Part shown: positions 1 through 10,237 of the stretch, in pieces
How positions within the stretch are numbered: position 1 is the first letter of the stretch
Layout: every line of letters starts with the position of its first letter
Assembly: GCA_002269645.1 (NCBI GenBank)
Contig: NIVC01000217.1
Coordinates: forward strand, 248,001 to 312,000
DNA: 64,000 nt
Origin: Macrostomum lignano
Taxonomy: Eukaryota
Direction of reading: 5' to 3'
Notes under the pieces: model-generated
The model's input: the letters and a program-made list of their open reading frames with translations, nothing else
Databases searched by the model: none
Told to the model about the DNA's origin: nothing
Position numbers and translations under genes: made by a program

Positions 1-533
1 CCGTCTGTCGCAAACCTCTCCTGTCCTCTTCATTTCGCAATTTGCATCATCGGAATCTTCTTCCTCCTGACCGCTGCCCGTCACAGTTGCCGTTGGCGGA
101 AAAATCATATCTGAGTCCGTTGACGCCAAGTCGTCAGTTTCATTGTCGCGATTCTCTGGTGCCTCAGTTTCAACGTCGCACTCTCGCTGCTGCTGGCTGT
201 GCTGAAAATGTTGATTGCTGTTACAGCTGATCTGCGGCTGAACAGACTTGGAGTCCAATTCCAATCGCTTCGGGATGATGAGCTGACGCTGGTGCTGGCG
301 CGTCTGGCACAACTGCAGCTGCTGGTAGCGGTGCTGACACTTCACTGCGTGACGGCGCATTTCAGCGATGCTTTGCTGCTGATAGCTCTGCTGCATTGGA
401 CCAGCCGGCGTTGCGCATTGATTTGCATTGGTCTCAATGTCCTCCTCTACACACAAAGAATCGCTGTCGCCTCTGTCCTCACAGTAGAGCCGCGATGTCG
501 CTTCTGAACCTGTAGCTGCCAAGATAGCAGCCT
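1..533 (-). CDS. Exon of a Q/acidic-rich host gene, runs off the window; no recognisable domain
   Basis: Acceptor tcctttgtcag at 534; phase matches the upstream exon donor (G+AG = Glu) and the frame stays open to base 1 (EAAILAATGSEATSRLYCEDRG...DSDDANCEMKRTGEVCDRR). Confidence 0.6.
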
Positions 534-786
534 CTGACAAAGGATAATATTGAATGATTACTATCGTTGCTCGTTTCATACTAGTATAATATTTTAAACA
601 TCTAGTATTCATTTTAGGAGAATAATGACGAATTATGGTTATGTACTCTTTGAGCCTTGACGGTTGGCCCTCAAGGTCCTTCAGGGAGAGTCATCCGTCA
701 AGCCCAACAGATTAATTTTGTCGTTTACGGAGTCGAAACGGAGGAATCCTATAAGCCTGCATAGTAGTTCCAATAACTTCATTTAC

Positions 787-1051
787 CATTAAAGTCCAGA
801 TCTTCAGAGCTCAGCCCGTGGTTGTTGGCCATCTCGCAGTGGACGGTGGCGCCGTCACTCTCCGCCAGCTGCTGAACTGAGCCCGTGAACATCCGACTGT
901 CACGTCGCTTTTTCTTATTTTTCTTTTGCAGCTGCGTCGTCATTTGCTGAGAAATCTGCTTCAGTTTCTCCAGCTCGACGAGTTGCTGCTTCCGCTGACG
1001 ACGCTTTTGCTGCTGCTGCTGCAGCTGCTGCTCTGACAGAGACTGCCGCAT
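787..1051 (-). CDS. Upstream exon of the same Q-rich, coiled-coil-like host gene
   Basis: ORF MRQSLSEQQLQQQQQKRRQRK...DLDFN ends at donor G|gtaaat (786); splices in frame to exon 533-1. Confidence 0.55.
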
Positions 1052-1776
1052 GATGGCATCGCTCCGATCTTGGCGGAGCTGCGGACCCTGGACTGCGGCA
1101 ATTGCTGTCGCGGTTTATGGGTGTGTGGTCGCAGTTAAAGCTTCGATAACTTCTCCTATCGACTGACGAGCAGCTGTCAGATAGAGGTTCTCAATAGGCT
1201 GCTGCGTGTTCCCCTTTCTGACTGACAATTTTTTACTTGATTTTTTAATCTCGAAGTTTTCTATGGCCGAAAGGGTTTGGCTAACCGTAATAACAAATTT
1301 GATAATTAATTTTTTTCTTCTACCAGTATTATGTGTGCTAATTTCTCAGTTGTGAGAAAGGCGTTTTAAGCCCTCAGTTTTCCATTGTCTCTACGTGGTA
1401 GACTTTTGAAAGTATTTTAAAACTAAAACTAAAACTAGTCTCGGCTTTTCTCATATCGTTAAAAGACAAGAAAAATGAACACAACAGATTGATACTACAA
1501 TTCTGGTCAAAATTTTTACTGACATTCAAACAAATACTTTGCGGTTAGGCAATTGAACATTTTGTTATAAATGTCAGAGCAAATGTCTGACTCAATCCTA
1601 TACACCATTCCGTAGACTTCTGAGCACACACAAATGCGCCAATACTGTACGCAGGCACAGCACTCGTACAAATGCTCACACGGGGTGTACAGCGGTCCTG
1701 ACTTTCTAATCATCAGGCATGTACACTCTCTAGCTGTGCCTTGGAGGTTGGCCTTCATGGGTGTAAACTTCGTGAC

Positions 1777-2007
1777 CAGTGGCGGATCTAGAGTTTCATT
1801 TTGGGGGGAGGGCCGAGTTCAAGTTTGGGGCGCCAACACGAGTATAAGGGGCGCCAATTTTTAGGCTAGGGGGCGCAAAAAATGCGTGTAGGGGGCGAAA
1901 AATCAAGCTTAGGGGGCGCAAATTTAGGTTGTTGGGGGGCGCAATATGTTCGGTCAAGCTATTTTTTTGGGGGGGGGGCGGCCCCCCTCCCCCTAAATCC
2001 ACCCCTG
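1777..2007. mobile_element. hAT-like MITE
   Basis: Imperfect TIRs CAGTGGCGGATCTAG / CTAAATCCACCCCTG; exact 8-bp TSD TTCGTGAC at 1769-1776 and 2008-2015. Confidence 0.8.
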
Positions 2008-2169
2008 TTCGTGACAACCCCTGACCAAACTTGGTGCAAAATTCCTAAATGATATTGGCTGGACAAGGAATCAAACCAGGGGTCGAGCTGCTGAGCAAAA
2101 CGACCAGGCATTATTAGAGTCCGGATACGAAGCTCGCGTGGATAGAGTTCTTCTGGCTGTCTCCGCAAA

Positions 2170-2330
2170 TCTGGTCCTAGTGGTTAGAGCGTCGGACTCA
2201 CGACTTAAAGGGGTCGGGTGTTCGATTCCTGACCTCAGCGAAAAATCTGCGTCCTTGAGCAAAAAATTATTAACTCGACATTTCTTCACCCAACACATCG
2301 TGAGACATTGTTCACTTAAGCTGTCAAATG
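2170..2330 (+). mobile_element. tRNA-derived SINE
   Basis: Pol III A-box-like TAGTGGTTAG and B-box GTTCGATTCC, followed by a GTCCTTGAGCAA SINE-body-like motif; no proper acceptor stem. Confidence 0.55.
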
Positions 2331-3529
2331 GGTGCCAGCATTAGCTGTGGTAATTGAGGGTGTGTTTGGCGACCCCCAGTCCTTGGACTGAACATCCGTA
2401 CGCAGCCTTCAGATTCGCCGAGCAGTAGCCGCGGCTGAACTGTCGGTTGCACATCTGGCTCAATTGGGGCAGGTGTAAACAATTATTAATATTATTTTTA
2501 TTACTATTCCTATTTGAGTTAAGGCTCATTCACACCACAATTGAATAAAACCTAATTTTCTGTGATGACGAACATCCATTCTCATTCCTTTCTACATCGG
2601 TCGTGAAGATTTTAATGGCTCATGTGATAGCAGTGGGAATCATTTTTTAGAGACTGACAATGACGTCTCTCAACTTAACTGTAAATATTACTTACAGTAG
2701 TCACTGAATTCAATCAAAATGTAATCAACCTCAAGAAAAAACTTGCCGCACTCCAAAAACACCAGGACTTGTGTAAATACAACTTTTGAAACATCACATC
2801 ACAAGTTAGAGTTAAAGCGAATCGGTACACAGACAATGTCCTCCATCAGGGTATCAGTAGCAATTGCACTGTATCCCCTACTCAGGATGGAGTGTGAAAT
2901 GAGTTATTGTAAGCTAGCCAATCGGACAGGGCGAGGTCTCAAGAACGGATTGAACTGGGAATGCGCGCTTGCTTTCGATTTTTCTGAATCAAATGGATCA
3001 GCAGTTTTTTTACTTCCTGACAAGGGTTAATGTAGTGTCTGTTAGATACAGTTTGAATTGGACTTACCCGTTCGCTACTGCAAACAGTTCATAGCCGTTG
3101 GTAAGTCAGCAAACTGCGTACCGGAAGTCCACGTACCGAAGTCAACGACCGAAGTCCACGTACCGGTGTCACGTAAACGATAAACGTTATACGCTCGTAC
3201 TCATAAGATTTGAGAGAGAGAATAGGCAGCTGAGGAGGCTGCTCAATCGGATGAATGCATTTCACAGATCTGGGCATGTGCCTGATCTAACATTCCCCAT
3301 CACTGTTACCAAGCGTTCACTTACTGCTTGTAAATGTTGTAAATGTACTGAGCCTTTATTATGAGAATTCAGAAAATTTAATAAGAAGCTTTCAAGTGCA
3401 GATCTCGAAACTGAAGAGTTTCAGAAAGAATGCACAAATAATATTCTTAGATTTTATTTGCAATTTATCAACATAAACTCTTCAAATTAACAGTTAAAAT
3501 GGTTTTTAAGGTTCTTATAAAGACTCACA

Positions 3530-4057
3530 CAGCCTTAGAGTTTCACCTAACTCACAGCTTCATCCATACCAACTCAGCCTCACGGCTTCATCCAGACCCA
3601 TTCAGCCTCACAGCTTCATCCAGACCCACTCAGCCTCACGGCTTCATCCAGACCCACTCAGCCTCACTGCTTCATCCAGACCCACTCAGCCTCACAGCTT
3701 CATCCAGATCCACTCAGCCTCACAGCTTCATCCAGACCCACTCAGCCTTACAGCTTCATCCAGACCCACTCAGCCTCACAGCTTCATCCAGACCCACTCA
3801 GCCTCACAGCTTCATCCAGACCCACTCAACCTCACTGCTTCATCCAGACCCACTCAGCCTCACAGCTTCACCCAGACCCACTCAGCCTCACAGCTTCATC
3901 CAGACCCACTCAACCTCACTGCTTCATCCAGACCCACTCAGTTTCACTGCTTCATCCAGAGCCACTCAGCCTCACAGCTTTATCCAGACCCACTCAGCCT
4001 CACAGCCTCATTCAGACCCACTCAGCCTCAAAGCTTCATCCAGACCCACTCAGCCTC
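3530..4057 (-). repeat. 28-bp minisatellite (about 19 copies) derived from the last codons of WSC-PAN gene 1
   Basis: Unit GAGGCTGAGTGGGTCTGGATGAAGCTGT on the minus strand; the same unit occurs at 46830-47121. Confidence 0.9.
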
Positions 4058-4807
4058 GCTGGCCAGCTCAGCGGGCACAGCGGTGAATCTAAGCAGGCGG
4101 CACATGCGGCTTGAAGACACGAAAGGCGCAGCCCTGACAGTCCGGGCTTCGTTGGCAGGCGGCAGCGCACTGGATGGCGCTCTTGGCAGAGACGCTGCGG
4201 TGGGTGATGGAGCTCGATGAAGCCGATATGTTTGGCACGGCAGACACCGGCAGTTTTGTCAGGTATCGTCCATCTGAAGTATAACACGATTAATGCCATT
4301 TTTGGCCAATTTCTGAAAAGAAATTTAACTGTTTAAGTCGTTCAAACTAATTCAGCTCCTACCTGGCGGGTAGAAAAGCTCGTAGATGGAGTTTCTAAAA
4401 TATCCACCACAGCGAGTCTGCGAGGCATTTCCACTGCAAGTTTTATCGCATTCGTTCTCAGGTGCGGAGCCGAGTGACCCATAGGTGGAATCGCAGCAGC
4501 AGAAAGAGCCGTAGTTGACACCAAAGTAGCGAAAACGACCGCATGCGCAGATCCTGCTGCACATATCCAGTGTCATTGTGGAGAGTTGGACAAAGCCTCC
4601 ACCATGAACTCCACCATCAGTTGAGTATGGGCCGATTGTCAGCAGCCCTTTTAGACCAAGAAGGTCCCGGTTGCTGTTATCGCCGTCTACGAAGCAGCCG
4701 ATGTGGTTGAATCCAAGCGGCTGAGCGGGCACCGTCACAGCTGCACAGCTAGCAAGGCTGGCACACAGCAGCACGACAGCGAGTTCATTTACAATTTTTT
4801 GCGTCAT
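4028..4807 (-). pseudogene. WSC-PAN gene 1 (exons 4807-4363, 4273-4028); PAN exon has a +1 frameshift
   Basis: Signal peptide, WSC motifs GCFVD...RDL...MTLDMCSRIC..GRFRYFGV..GSFCCC...C.GN....CGG. Donor CCAG|gtagg, acceptor tacttcag|. An extra T (gcctttcgtg vs gccttcgtg in the paralog at 46760) gives an early stop. Confidence 0.8.
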
Positions 4808-5177
4808 GGTTTTAGCGCACAGTCTGTATTTTTTGTCCTACACTGATGCCTTTAGTGTGCAGTTTTTATCGCAAATGTTTGGCTTATAGAGACAAAGTCT
4901 TATTTGCGTCTTATTTGAAAAAAAATTGCTTTGCCTGACAACGTTGTCATTGGCTAGCGAATTGTCTGACGAATGGAAACAGTATTGACTCCAACCCTTT
5001 GTTCAAACATAGGTCTAAATTTTCTGGTTTACTTTCTAAACCTTTGGAGTCAATGGTTATTTCTTAGCAGGTAGGTAGCTCTGTTGATAATGACGAGTCG
5101 ATGCTTCAGTTTGAGCAACTGTTTATTTGACAGCTTTGACATCAATTGCAACATTCTGATGGCGATGTATATGAGCT

Positions 5178-5278
5178 AAGAGCTTTTACAACTTGCGTAA
5201 AGACATTTTAATAATTTGTTTTAACAAATCTATTTTTAAAAATATATAGTTAGCTAACTGCTCGTTTGGTTGATGTAT
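5178..5278. repeat. 101-bp host segment duplicated on both sides of the Polinton (second copy 29231-29331)
   Basis: AAGAGCTTTTACAAC...GGTTGATGTAT is identical apart from one mismatch. Confidence 0.9.
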
Positions 5279-5293
5279 TCTACATTGTACTCT

Positions 5294-5399
5294 ACATTGG
5301 ATATAGAGTTCCATATTGAAGAGCAGTGATAGCAATTCCATTGTTCTCTTTCACAGCCAAGTCGACCAACTCGCTGTAAAATTTGCTAATCTTGTTCTG
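5294..5399. other. 106-bp ectopic copy of the viral major capsid gene (7162-7267) outside the left TIR
   Basis: ACATTGGATATAG...CTTGTTCTG matches 7162-7267 exactly. Confidence 0.9.
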
Positions 5400-5405
5400 T
5401 ATTTT

Positions 5406-5850
5406 AGTAGAAGGCATGAGGGGGCTTCTGGGACAAAATTTTTCACCTCCTCCATAATCCCAATAAATCCATCCATATTATCCCTGACAGAATCAGAAAA
5501 AAGGGGGGTCGCACTCGCTCACAAAACGTCCTCCATAATCCCATTAAATCCATCCATATTATCCCCGACAGAATCAGAAAAAAAGGGGGGTCGCACTCGC
5601 TCACAAAACGTCCTCCATAATCCCATTAAATCCATCCATATTATCCCTGACAGAATCAGAGCATAACAGTAGGACACCTGTTATGCTCACTGACACTGAC
5701 ATAATCCACTGACATCCACCCATAGCATCTTCGAAACAATCAGAAAATAATCTGCATTCTTCTCCCCACATTCAATCCGCAACGTGCTACCACATCCCTA
5801 AAACTTTAAATCCCTAACCCAGGGTCCTTACCCATTGAAAAAAAATAAAT
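5406..5850 (+). repeat. Left terminal inverted repeat with internal ~80-bp tandem units
   Basis: Reverse complement of ~28760-29230. Confidence 0.9.
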
Positions 5851-5861
5851 TTTCAATAAAA

Positions 5862-6101
5862 ATGTTTCCAGTTGTCTCTCCAGGTTCTTATTACAAAACG
5901 CACGAGCCTAATTACAAGAGTAAGTACCGATGCAAACTTGAATGCAGCGAATACATGAGAAAATATTGGCCCGACGTTCAAATCAATGTCCCTAATATTA
6001 ATCAAGCTCTCCAAAGACATTGGTTTCATAAGTATGGAGTAACCTATGTAAAAGATTATGACAGCTACTATAACTTTGCAGAAATCATTAGGCAATTGTG
6101 A
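5862..6101 (+). CDS. Small Tyr-rich viral ORF, unknown function (79 aa)
   Basis: ATG just inside the TIR; stop lies 4 bp from the penton stop, a compact viral layout. Confidence 0.45.
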   Translation: MFPVVSPGSYYKTHEPNYKSKYRCKLECSEYMRKYWPDVQINVPNINQALQRHWFHKYGVTYVKDYDSYYNFAEIIRQL

Positions 6102-6105
6102 TTTC

Positions 6106-6969
6106 TCACATTCTCTCAATGATTAACGTCAATACAAACTCTTCCCCATTAAAATCAACGCCCATCCCATCTTCAGTCTCAAACTGAAGCACAATCTCGT
6201 GAATCTCCTTATTACTCAATACAACTCTTTTCACTGGATTTGGTTTCTCTACCACCATCTGTCCTCCAGCTACAGAGTTGGAGATGTTGTACAAAATATT
6301 AGTTCGCTTTCCCTTAAATACCCAATCAAGACTGAGATTAGTTCTGATTAGAATATTCAAACCCTTTACAATGTCTGCAATATTGGGTGCTAAGAACAAA
6401 CCGCGTACACTTTCCCGGGCCATGCTAACGGCCCCCGATGCTTGAGTGACAGTCCGCGCTGTGGATTCTGCCTTATAAACTTTCTTCACGAATCCCAATT
6501 CCCTATACCAAGTGTCATCTTTAAACTCAACCTCCGCATCTTTGTGAACTTGCATGACCACTCTCATTACAGTGAGATCATAGGTTAGTTTAACAGGGAA
6601 CAGTTTCTTCTCTGGCTTACTCATATCAGGTGTCTCAAAATGGCCTCTTTTAGTAAAGACGTTTTCTAGAAAGTAATTGTAGGTATCCACACTTTGCGTG
6701 CTCACAGGGAATACCACAGGTTCTGCTGCTGCACCTTTCCATTTGTAATAAAACTTATTATTTGCTGCCGTCACATTGGGAACGTTTGACCAACCAGTGA
6801 AGTCGTTAAGATAGACATGGTAATTAGCACCTGGATCCAGGCTAATCGCCTGCTCTAATTTTTGAACAAATATCCCGTTTGAGTCATTAATCCGCCCAGT
6901 TATTGTAATAGGAATGCTCTCCTTGGAGTGCGAAATAATATTGTTTAGTCTTTCGGCTATAGCTTCCAT
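6106..6969 (-). CDS. Minor capsid protein (penton-like)
   Basis: C-terminal pattern NISNSVAGGQMVVEKP...IHEIVLQFETEDGMGVDFNGEEFVLTLII typical of Polinton mCP; adjacent to MCP. Confidence 0.8.
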   Translation of the reverse strand: MEAIAERLNNIISHSKESIPITITGRINDSNGIFVQKLEQAISLDPGANYHVYLNDFTGWSNVPNVTAANNKFYYKWKGAAAEPVVFPVSTQSVDTYNYFLENVFTKRGHFETPDMSKPEKKLFPVKLTYDLTVMRVVMQVHKDAEVEFKDDTWYRELGFVKKVYKAESTARTVTQASGAVSMARESVRGLFLAPNIADIVKGLNILIRTNLSLDWVFKGKRTNILYNISNSVAGGQMVVEKPNPVKRVVLSNKEIHEIVLQFETEDGMGVDFNGEEFVLTLIIERM

Positions 6970-6994
6970 TTTTTTCACCCACAAAAAAAAATAT

Positions 6995-8281
6995 TTAAAC
7001 TTTACTGGATGAATTGTTGATCATGTTAAGCTTCACCTTCCTCTCAAATGCATAGATAATGTACAGGTCCACGGGTGTTGCGACAGTCCTCTCAATGTTA
7101 GTCACGATATTCACAGGGCTGTTATCAGTAGGCATTTGTCTGGCAGACACATCAGCGCCAAACATTGGATATAGAGTTCCATATTGAAGAGCAGTGATAG
7201 CAATTCCATTGTTCTCTTTCACAGCCAAGTCGACCAACTCGCTGTAAAATTTGCTAATCTTGTTCTGACTGAAATCTCCATTTTGTGGCAGTGCAGGGTA
7301 AAGATTATCACTGATTTCATGCTGAATGGACCGCACGTCTCCATGCATGTAGCGTATAATGCTATTTGGGTTTCTCATGTTAATAATAATATACCGTGGA
7401 TTGCTGCATGATCCCTCTTTAATGCAGATGTTTGTTCTAGTTTCGTTTCGCTCATCTCGACACATGTAGGCCGTGTATGCAACATCAATGTCCTTCTCTA
7501 TTGCCTTAAGATAATCCGCTTTTAGTGCAGTCTTTAACTCAATGACTTCCAAATACAGCTCGATTCCGGTTAGCTTCACCTCCATCCTTGTGTGATCCGC
7601 CCCAGTCCACAACACTCTACTGCGATCATCTCTAGTCATCCTAAAGGTGTAGCTAAAGTTACTAGTCAGTCGATTAAATGTATTACAGAATCCACTCATG
7701 AATCTCAGTGGTACAAATACATCAACAGACCGATACAGCGGGTTTTTAGCAGCATCATCTGCACCTTGCAATGCATAGTTGTATCTCTTCTTCCTCTTTT
7801 TATAGCCACTGTCATTGGTGTCTCCTTCTTTTTCATCTGCGATAAAACCCGCACCACTTCCCAACTGAATAAAATCAGGATTCTCGATCAAACAATGAGC
7901 GTCATAGACAATTCCAAAGTTGGCGATTCGCTCCAACTCAGTGCTCCCATTCGATACACTAAACTCCTTGAACATGTACGCCCAAAAGTTACTGATCAGA
8001 GCCACATCCGCATCATGCTTGTCAACGTTAGCACGAGCCGCATCCGCACCACCCTTTGTCTTGAATTGAAATGTCATATGGAAGCCGCTCTTAAGACTGT
8101 GCACACTAACCAAAGACGAACATCCATTGTATGTAAATGTCAGTGTTTGGCCAGGACCAAGATTAGTTTCATTCTGATTTTCCTGACTGGGAACTCTTAC
8201 CTGAGTCGCTTTGATTGTGCTATCATCACTCAAAATAGGCTTGTTAATTTTGTAGAAAACTGGTGTCAGTGGGTCGTTCAT
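6995..8281 (-). CDS. Major capsid protein (double jelly-roll, hexon-like)
   Basis: 428 aa; motifs LTGIELYLEVIEL, PRYIII, YPALPQNGDF...FY, YPMFGADVS resemble Polinton MCP. Confidence 0.85.
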   Translation of the reverse strand: MNDPLTPVFYKINKPILSDDSTIKATQVRVPSQENQNETNLGPGQTLTFTYNGCSSLVSVHSLKSGFHMTFQFKTKGGADAARANVDKHDADVALISNFWAYMFKEFSVSNGSTELERIANFGIVYDAHCLIENPDFIQLGSGAGFIADEKEGDTNDSGYKKRKKRYNYALQGADDAAKNPLYRSVDVFVPLRFMSGFCNTFNRLTSNFSYTFRMTRDDRSRVLWTGADHTRMEVKLTGIELYLEVIELKTALKADYLKAIEKDIDVAYTAYMCRDERNETRTNICIKEGSCSNPRYIIINMRNPNSIIRYMHGDVRSIQHEISDNLYPALPQNGDFSQNKISKFYSELVDLAVKENNGIAITALQYGTLYPMFGADVSARQMPTDNSPVNIVTNIERTVATPVDLYIIYAFERKVKLNMINNSSSKV

Positions 8282-8311
8282 TTTTTAACTAAAAATAAAA
8301 TAAAATAAGAA

Positions 8312-9496
8312 ATGAAGCGAAAAAGTACACAGCAGATATCTGAATTGGAGAAGCTAGCACAAGCAGAGAAACGAGTTACCGGGCTAATAAATAAGGAGCA
8401 ACAATCCTACAATGAGTTTGTCCAAGCAGCCACCGAATTTCACAAACCCGGATACACAGAAGCGAAGAAAAACCTCGACACTGTGAAGGAAGCAGTTGAT
8501 GATATTCAAGAGAGCCACTTGCAAAACACATTGGGTAAAATCCCATCTTCACCAGGACAACCACAGGCTCAGGAACCAGGACAACCGGTGCAGATGAAAG
8601 TGACGGATAACTTTTTTGGCCCCGTAGTGGATGATGGAAAATATATTTTTGGAATTAGCGCCTGGCGAAAAGAAATTACCAAGGAACCGGTGGATTACAA
8701 CATTGAAGTGACAAAGGAAAACATTTCAATCAATAAAGGCGCAAAAACTAAAAGAATCCAGTTCACTCAAACTTTACTTGATTACATGACTAAAAATCTA
8801 GAGAATACGTCTAAAAAGCAGCTCAAAAATTACAAAGATCTTGTTACCTTTGCTCTCGATAGGGATATAGATATGCTCAAGAACAACGGTGTTTTGAAAA
8901 TTTTACATGAAAACGGGATTGTCTTGAACAGATTTAGAAAATACAAATACTTTAAACAATGGTTTGGTTTGCCGGATCAGGAAGAGGTCATAAGACAACA
9001 ACAACAACAACAACAGCAACAACAGCAACCGCCACAACAGCAGCAACATTTCACAGAAGAACAAGTACTCAGGCAACTGGAAAATGCAGATCCGACTCAA
9101 GTAGCTAAGTATAAAAATGATCACCCAACAGACTGGCAACACTTAGAACAACACTCTCCAGATCGAATGAACAGAATCAAGCAAAGAGTTTTCACACCTC
9201 AACAAAGACAGGCGCCACATGACAGTTCCATCTCTGAAAGTGAGCAGTCTTTTGGATCACCTCCCCAGCAGCCACAAGCCCAACCAACTCCACAACCCCA
9301 AGACCAACCACCCAAATCTGGAAAAGGAATAGCTGAAATCTACAAGCGAGTAGCGGTTCTTCTAGGAGCGGCAAAGACCGGAATGAAAGACGAGAATAGA
9401 AAAGAATTTGTCAACATCCTGGACAAAATGCTTGAGAGAAAATACATCGATAAAAGGGCGAGAGAGCTTCTGCTTTCGCGGTTCAACAAAAAATAA
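8312..9496 (+). CDS. Conserved Polinton protein (PZ-like), with a polyQ/P tract
   Basis: N-terminal helix ending EFHKP; C-terminal GKGIAEIYKRVAVLLGAAKTG...EFVNILDKM resembles the conserved Polinton C-terminal helix. Confidence 0.55.
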   Translation: MKRKSTQQISELEKLAQAEKRVTGLINKEQQSYNEFVQAATEFHKPGYTEAKKNLDTVKEAVDDIQESHLQNTLGKIPSSPGQPQAQEPGQPVQMKVTDNFFGPVVDDGKYIFGISAWRKEITKEPVDYNIEVTKENISINKGAKTKRIQFTQTLLDYMTKNLENTSKKQLKNYKDLVTFALDRDIDMLKNNGVLKILHENGIVLNRFRKYKYFKQWFGLPDQEEVIRQQQQQQQQQQQPPQQQQHFTEEQVLRQLENADPTQVAKYKNDHPTDWQHLEQHSPDRMNRIKQRVFTPQQRQAPHDSSISESEQSFGSPPQQPQAQPTPQPQDQPPKSGKGIAEIYKRVAVLLGAAKTGMKDENRKEFVNILDKMLERKYIDKRARELLLSRFNKK

Positions 9497-9512
9497 TTTA
9501 TTTCAAGTAAAA

Positions 9513-9899
9513 ATGCCACTTATTTTCGAAAAAGACATTGACAAATACTATGACAAAGAGGAACTTAATCTTATTAAACGCGGATCTGGACTTTTCCCTG
9601 CAGGCCACTATCCAAGAAAAGAGCGCTCCGGGAATGGCCTTGCCGATTTGATCGCTCAGGGGGCTAAGATTTTTAAGGTCATTGGAGAGAACAAAGAGAA
9701 CATCAAGAACGTTGCCGAAGCGGCTGGCAGTGTAGCCACAGCAGCCAAAAAGATAAAGGATACTGTAACACCTAAACAAGAGATTCAACCTCTGGCTCCG
9801 CTGGCCCCGCTGGCCCCAAACCCAGACAGTGTGGACCCTGCAGTCTATGAGAAGATGAGAGCAAGCATTAAAAAAGGAAGTGGTTTCAAATTTGACTAA
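9513..9899 (+). CDS. Small virion-core-like protein with three GxG motifs (candidate adenain substrate)
   Basis: IKRGSGL, ERSGNGL, IKKGSGF; 128 aa. Confidence 0.55.
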   Translation: MPLIFEKDIDKYYDKEELNLIKRGSGLFPAGHYPRKERSGNGLADLIAQGAKIFKVIGENKENIKNVAEAAGSVATAAKKIKDTVTPKQEIQPLAPLAPLAPNPDSVDPAVYEKMRASIKKGSGFKFD

Positions 9900-9944
9900 A
9901 GGTACTTTCCGAGGGTACAAGAAATGTAAAGGTACAAGACTAGT

Positions 9945-10193
9945 CTCAAAATGACACATCTAAGTCCCAAAATGACACATCTAAGTCCCAAAATGACACA
10001 TCTAAGTCCCAAAATGACACATCTAAGTCCCAAAATGACACATCTAAGTCCCAAAATGACACATCTAAGTCCCAAAATGACACATCTAAGTCCCAAAATG
10101 ACACATCTAAGTCCCAAAATGACACATCTAAGTCCCAAAATGACACATCTAAGTCCCAAAATGACACATCTAAGTCCCGAAATGACACATCTA
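9945..10193. repeat. 21-bp tandem repeat, 12 copies
   Basis: CCCAAAATGACACATCTAAGT units with no spacers. Confidence 0.95.
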
Positions 10194-10237
10194 AATTATT
10201 TATTATTTAATTATTTCTTTTTTCATCATAGAAAAAA

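Noticed and set aside
2172-2240. tRNA gene
   Set aside because: A and B boxes are present, but the stems pair poorly and the sequence runs into a SINE-like body.
3499-4086. 195-aa repetitive ORF (also 46507-47229)
   Set aside because: Translation of the 28-bp minisatellite on the non-coding strand.
5178-5183. Ordinary 6-bp TSD (AAGAGC)
   Set aside because: Identity continues for 101 bp and the left copy is 122 bp from the end of the duplication to the TIR side, not adjacent to it.
7592-8308. 238-aa plus-strand ORF
   Set aside because: Antisense shadow of the major capsid gene; no motif.
9945-10193. Possible CRISPR array
   Set aside because: Head-to-tail repeats with no spacers, no cas genes, eukaryotic context.
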